From contig OY760937.1 in NCBI GenBank assembly GCA_963664225.1, positions 5,312,001-5,376,000 of the forward strand: DNA of 64,000 nt. Reading direction: 5' to 3'. Positions 59,481 through 64,000 of this stretch are shown in pieces. The notes under the pieces were generated by a model. The model saw only the letters and a program-made list of their open reading frames with translations. It was not told where the DNA came from and did not search any database. How positions within the stretch are numbered: the stretch's first letter is position 1; every line of letters starts with the position of its first letter. A program made the position numbers and the translations under genes. The DNA is from Verrucomicrobiia bacterium. GTDB taxonomy: Bacteria > Verrucomicrobiota > Verrucomicrobiia > Limisphaerales > UBA1319.

Positions 59481-61277
59481 ATGAAAATGCTCCACCTTAT
59501 TGTGGCCCTGTTGGTTAGCGTCATGCCAACCACTCTGGCCCATGCCCAAACGAGCGCGGTGAAACTCTGGCCGCAGATTACCCCGGGCATCTACAATCAT
59601 GCCAATGTTCTGGCCATGAAGTGCGTGTTGACCGAGGATGGTCTCACGGTGTCAGATGCTGCGTGGGACACCTATCAGGTCGATGGCTGCGGGAAACGAT
59701 GGACACTGAACATGGGCGCGCCCATGGACGTGCCGTTGAAGAATTACAAATTCAGCGCGGCGTTCTCCGGGCTGCCCGTGAACATTACCGTCGAGTTTTA
59801 CAATCCGGCAAAGCCATGGGAAGTGAAGGAGAATTACCAGGAAATCCTTCTTTTGGGAGGCAAACAGGGGATTGGATTGCCAGAATGGTTTCATGTGCCC
59901 ACCCAACGCCTCGGGTACGACTTTGACGAAGGTGATTGGTTTCCGAGTGGCTGGACACTGCCGCATGGCAAGTTTGCCCTGTGGCAGGGCGCGGCGAAGG
60001 CGCGTCAACAGGATCGCAAAGGCCAGTGCCCGATGTATGATTTTGGGTTTACCCATGTCGCGCCATGCGCCATGACGCACAACGGCGCGAGGGGCAGTCG
60101 CGAGAAGCGGGCGCTTTTGTTCGGCGACAATGAGTGGATACCGCACGATGGGGCCAAGGACGCGTTCACAGCGGATCCGACCAATCCAAAGAACTGGAAG
60201 ATCGAGCCGTTTCACGCGCGCGCGGACGAATGTTCCATCATCATCCCTGATTTCGAGGCACCTGGCAGTCATGCGTGGAAGGACTCCCAATACGAAGCTT
60301 TCGCAAAGCTCATTGGCGATGTGCGCACGCGCCGGCCTGACTTGCTGATCGGCTGCTGGGGCATAGGCGTGCTGAAATCATCATTCCGCATCTTCGATGG
60401 TCGCTGGGAGGGGAAGCCGACCGGCTCAGTGAATCTCGCGGGTGCCAAGCAATGGCGCGACTTTTATGATAACCCGGGGGCCGACATGAACGAGGTTTTC
60501 AAACGGTGCAACCTTAACATGGGAAATCCCTCAGTCTATTGGATCAATAATTCCAAGCCCTCGCAGCTTTACGCATTCATGCAGGAATGGGAGCAAGGCA
60601 AGCTGGCCCGTCCGCAGATCACCAACATTCTGTCCACCTGGATCCAGGTCGAATTTGTGGACAACTATCCGCTCTCGCAATACCGGTTCACCGATGCCAA
60701 GGGCAAGACACGCCTCGAAGATCTCAAGCACCAGGTGCCTGCGTCTTCCACCTACGCGCTATCGCTTTTTGGCCACTGTGTGATGGACGGGCTCCAGTGC
60801 TGGGAGATCGGGACCCGTTATTCGGAGGATCTCAAGGATTACACTGACTGGCGGACTCGTGAGCCGATCGCCAAGCAGCAGATCAATGGTGTTGAAACCG
60901 ATCTCAACTATTACACGAAGTATTTCGGGTTTTACAATTTTCACGTTCTTGGCATGTGGCAGGCCAGCCAGAACAAGGACATCATCGAAGCTTCGACGGT
61001 CTGGGAGATGCCGGAAATTCGCACCTCGAAAAACAATGTCTGGCGCGTTGGGGACGAACGCTATCCGAGCTTTGTGAGTTTTAACAAGGAGCCGCTCGTC
61101 CGCACCAAGCTTTCCGCCGATGGCAGGACGCTCCTCGTGTTGGCTTGCAATCCCCATAATAAAGTGGTGGAGGAAGTTCGTGTCAGACGCCCCGGAAATG
61201 CGGAAGAATACAGTTTCGAACTGGTGGGTGACTTTCCGATCATCAAACGCTTTCCTGTGGCCAGCTCAGTCAAGTAG
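59481..61277 (+). CDS. Secreted hypothetical protein, possible TIM-barrel glycoside hydrolase
   Basis: 598-aa ORF with signal peptide (AHA-Q); aromatic-rich; IIPDFE followed by a helix and RPDLLIGCWG. Confidence 0.6.
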   Translation: MKMLHLIVALLVSVMPTTLAHAQTSAVKLWPQITPGIYNHANVLAMKCVLTEDGLTVSDAAWDTYQVDGCGKRWTLNMGAPMDVPLKNYKFSAAFSGLPVNITVEFYNPAKPWEVKENYQEILLLGGKQGIGLPEWFHVPTQRLGYDFDEGDWFPSGWTLPHGKFALWQGAAKARQQDRKGQCPMYDFGFTHVAPCAMTHNGARGSREKRALLFGDNEWIPHDGAKDAFTADPTNPKNWKIEPFHARADECSIIIPDFEAPGSHAWKDSQYEAFAKLIGDVRTRRPDLLIGCWGIGVLKSSFRIFDGRWEGKPTGSVNLAGAKQWRDFYDNPGADMNEVFKRCNLNMGNPSVYWINNSKPSQLYAFMQEWEQGKLARPQITNILSTWIQVEFVDNYPLSQYRFTDAKGKTRLEDLKHQVPASSTYALSLFGHCVMDGLQCWEIGTRYSEDLKDYTDWRTREPIAKQQINGVETDLNYYTKYFGFYNFHVLGMWQASQNKDIIEASTVWEMPEIRTSKNNVWRVGDERYPSFVSFNKEPLVRTKLSADGRTLLVLACNPHNKVVEEVRVRRPGNAEEYSFELVGDFPIIKRFPVASSVK

Positions 61278-61351
61278 CCATGGGTGGCCTGGTGGTGGTT
61301 TCGTAATAGGTCCGGTGATGTGTGCCAATCGACAGGCGGTTGCGCGTGACT

Positions 61352-62818
61352 TCAGTCGCAATTGTCGAGAGCTTCCGCGTGGCGAGCCAATGCCTTCGCC
61401 ATCCCGCTGAAGATGACGGCGTGGATGGGATAGAGGAGATACCAGTACAGCAGTCCGGTCAGACCTCGAGGCGCAAAGAACGCCGTTTGCGAGAGTCGCG
61501 AAGTGCCAGCATCCAAAGGCTCGACTTTGAATTCCAGCCATGCCCGCCCTGGCACTTTCATCTCGGCCCGAAGGCGCAGCAGGCGGTCCAGTGTCACTGC
61601 TTCCACGCGCCAGAAGTCCACAGCGTCGCCCACCCGGACCCCATGCGGATCGCGACGGCTGCGGCGTAACCCAACGCCACCCAATAGGCGATCGAAAAGT
61701 CCACGGGCGCGCCATGCCCAATCCATGTAAAGCCAGCCGGTCGCACCGCCCAAGCTCGAGAAGATACGAAACACCCTGGATGCGGGAGCCTTCACGACAC
61801 GTTGGCGACATTCGAGAATGATCCCCTCTTGCGTCGCGAGCACGACAGGCGCCACGTCGCCCTGGCTGCTGGACAGGGCGTCACTCCACGCAGTCTCGAC
61901 ATGGCCGGTTTCGAGGTTGGCCAGTGCGAGTTGCACGGCCGTGGCGTAGTCGATCGGTTTGATCTGCGGGAAGATCTGGTGCGCCGAATCATCCCGAACA
62001 ATGACGTCATTTCGCAAACCCTGAATAAGCGGACGCGAAATGGCCGACGGAATTGGGGTGACGAGATGTACCCAATATGAAGAGAGACGTGGCGTCAGAA
62101 CTGGCACCGGCACCAGCCAGCGTTTCAGGCCACGAGACTTCGCATAACCGCGCAACAGGTCGCCGTAGTTTAGCACGTCAGCTCCTCCGATTTCAATGAT
62201 GCGTCCGGTACTCTCTGGAGAGTTGAGAGCAGCGACCAGGTAGTCGAGGACATTGCGGATGGCGATGGGTTGAGTGCGCGTGTAGAGCCAGCGCGGGCAT
62301 ACCATCACCGGAAGGCGCTCGGTCAGGTAGCGGATGATTTCAAAGGAGAGACTTCCTGAACCTACGATGACCGAGGCGCGGAATTCGGTGACGTTCACAC
62401 CGGTTTCCCGGAGCACAGCGCCAGTTTTCTGACGCGAACGCAAGTGTTCAGACAGCGCGGAGTCAGGATCGCCCAAACCGCCGAGATAAATGATGCGTTG
62501 AACGCCGGCCGCTTTTGCTGCCAAGGCAAAATTCCTCGCGGCCTGGACATCGCGCTGCTCAAAGTCGTGTCCACCCGCCATGCTATGGACCATGTAGTAA
62601 GCTACCTGCACGCCCTGCAGGGCTGCTGGCAGCGTCCCTGCGCGCAGACAATCTCCGGACACGACCTCAATTTGGTCCAGCCAGGTACGTCCTTGAAGCC
62701 GCGATGGATCACGCACCAGGCAACGCACTCGGAATTCGGACTCGAGCAGACGCGGCACGAGTCTTCCACCGATATAACCGGTGGCGCCAGTGACGAGGAT
62801 TGGACCAGTCATTACCAT
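61352..62818 (-). CDS. ybjT: Atypical SDR NAD(P)-binding protein with DUF2867 (YbjT-like)
   Basis: LVTGATGYIG, YYMVHSM, HLRSR, GSGSLSFE, DFWRVE, AEMKVPG. Confidence 0.88.
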   Translation of the reverse strand: MVMTGPILVTGATGYIGGRLVPRLLESEFRVRCLVRDPSRLQGRTWLDQIEVVSGDCLRAGTLPAALQGVQVAYYMVHSMAGGHDFEQRDVQAARNFALAAKAAGVQRIIYLGGLGDPDSALSEHLRSRQKTGAVLRETGVNVTEFRASVIVGSGSLSFEIIRYLTERLPVMVCPRWLYTRTQPIAIRNVLDYLVAALNSPESTGRIIEIGGADVLNYGDLLRGYAKSRGLKRWLVPVPVLTPRLSSYWVHLVTPIPSAISRPLIQGLRNDVIVRDDSAHQIFPQIKPIDYATAVQLALANLETGHVETAWSDALSSSQGDVAPVVLATQEGIILECRQRVVKAPASRVFRIFSSLGGATGWLYMDWAWRARGLFDRLLGGVGLRRSRRDPHGVRVGDAVDFWRVEAVTLDRLLRLRAEMKVPGRAWLEFKVEPLDAGTSRLSQTAFFAPRGLTGLLYWYLLYPIHAVIFSGMAKALARHAEALDNCD

Positions 62819-62977
62819 GCTTGTTTGTTGAAACTGAAGGAAGCCATTGCAGTGGCTCCGAAGGTCCAATGTAGATTGTTTAACGCGCCCGCGCCATCGA
62901 GTATTTCAGGAATGCAGAACCACACGCACGGGTTTTCAATTTTTAAACGGGGCGCTTGTGTGGTATTTTACGAGTCA

Positions 62978-63478
62978 ATGGCCACGCAAATGGTTCCAAC
63001 GGTTCAAGGCAGTGCGATGAGGTCGGGTTTGGCGCTCGTCGCGTTGCTGGCACTGTCCTTTGGCGCAGCTTCGATGGGGGGCTTCTTCCTGCCGGGCGAA
63101 TGGTATGCGGATTTGCATAAGCCCGCGTGGAATCCCCCGAACTGGATATTCGCTCCTGTCTGGAGCGCACTTTACATCATGATGGCCATCTCTGCCTGGC
63201 TGATTTGGAAGCGAGGGGGTTTCTCTTGCCAACGGGTTGCTCTGTCACTCTTTTTGCTGCAACTCGTCTTCAACGCGCTCTGGTCGCCGCTGTTTTTCGG
63301 ACTGAGAAATCCAGTTCTGGGCCTTGTGGATATTGCGCTGCTATGGCTGGCGTTGCTGTTCACAACATTTGCGTTTTGGAAAGTCCACGCTCTCGCCGGG
63401 GCGTTGTTGGCGCCGTATGTGGCATGGGTCAGTTTTGCAGGCGTACTCAATTTTACCCTCTGGCGCCTCAATCCATAA
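62978..63478 (+). CDS. tspO: TspO/MBR tryptophan-rich sensory protein
   Basis: WYADLHKPAWNPPNWIFAPVW, QLVFNALWSPLFFG, PYVAWVSFA; start 62978-63017, not 62444. Confidence 0.92.
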   Translation: MATQMVPTVQGSAMRSGLALVALLALSFGAASMGGFFLPGEWYADLHKPAWNPPNWIFAPVWSALYIMMAISAWLIWKRGGFSCQRVALSLFLLQLVFNALWSPLFFGLRNPVLGLVDIALLWLALLFTTFAFWKVHALAGALLAPYVAWVSFAGVLNFTLWRLNP

Positions 63479-63708
63479 AAAGTTCTGGCAGGCAGAAGAG
63501 GGCTTTGCCGCTTGATGCGGTGTGGATCAAAGCGGACGAACCCATGCGCCAGTGAGATACGCACGGCTTTTGGAATTGAAATGGATTGATTGGTCGTCAA
63601 ACTTTTCGGCGTTTAGGGATTCTTGATTTTGGAAATGGTGGAGGAATTGAGGCTAAGGTTTTGTCTTTTCAAAATCGATCATTACTGGAAACATTATTCC
63701 CGAAGCCC

Positions 63709-64000
63709 ATGATCAATTCCAAGTTTACAGTTCTCGGTTCGCAAACCACTCGCGGGTGTTGGCGACTACTTGTGTTCGGCCTTGCTGTTCTCATTGCCGC
63801 CGCGGCGCTTACGGCTGCGGAATTAAAACCGGGCATATTCGATGTTCGCGCGCACGGCGCGATGGGAGACGGCGTTACGCTGGACACGCCTGCCATTGAA
63901 GCAGCACTGGACGCGGCTGCGAAGGCGGGAGGGGGACAGGTGCTTTTCCCGCCGGGACGCTACATTTCTGGCACCATTCATCTGCGCAGTGGCGTGACGC
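63709..64000 (+). CDS. N-terminal part of a GH28/pectate-lyase-superfamily beta-helix protein (truncated by the window end; absent from the ORF track)
   Basis: Signal peptide then FDVRAHGAMGDGVTLDTPAIEAALDAAAKAGGGQVLFPPGRYISGTIHLRSGVT. Confidence 0.85.
   Translation, partial: MINSKFTVLGSQTTRGCWRLLVFGLAVLIAAAALTAAELKPGIFDVRAHGAMGDGVTLDTPAIEAALDAAAKAGGGQVLFPPGRYISGTIHLRSGVT

Noticed and set aside
62444..62977. N-terminal extension on TspO
   Set aside because: Overlaps ybjT antisense and the intergenic spacer; the TspO domain begins near 62978-63017

Overview
Bacterial chromosomal window, moderately GC-rich. Gene content and protein style suggest Verrucomicrobiota (inference). Bases 1-22.8 kb hold a hemicellulose-degradation cluster (GH51 x2, GH29, GH43, GH10, GH127/146, GH27 and five esterases) that ends in a NarL-type regulator and a PA14-containing sensor kinase. 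Next come a serine hydrolase and housekeeping genes (xerC, topB, mnmE, His-rich hypB, hypA), then a poorly coding 1.5-kb stretch with a repeat-flanked orphan gene, marR-lnt-like, and a Gfo/DegT/GT2 amino-sugar operon. An apparently intact group II intron (38103-40077) lies just upstream of mgtA plus a PTS-EIIA gene. The rest is a second CAZyme region (GH29, Tat propeller, 1662-aa GH2, two SGNH), DUF6600, LysR/MFS, YjgR, an unknown secreted protein, ybjT/tspO and a partial GH28-like gene. Main leads: (i) the intron's EBS1/EBS2 are complementary to the terminal arm of a ~170-bp palindromic element, which it interrupts; (ii) exported proteins of the first cluster show a Thr-Asn excess and Gly/Arg-rich inserts; (iii) a 7-4-7 palindrome occurs three times and links the two-component system to the CAZyme promoters. 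No CRISPR array, tRNA or rRNA was seen. All family calls come from motif recognition by eye, not from database searches.
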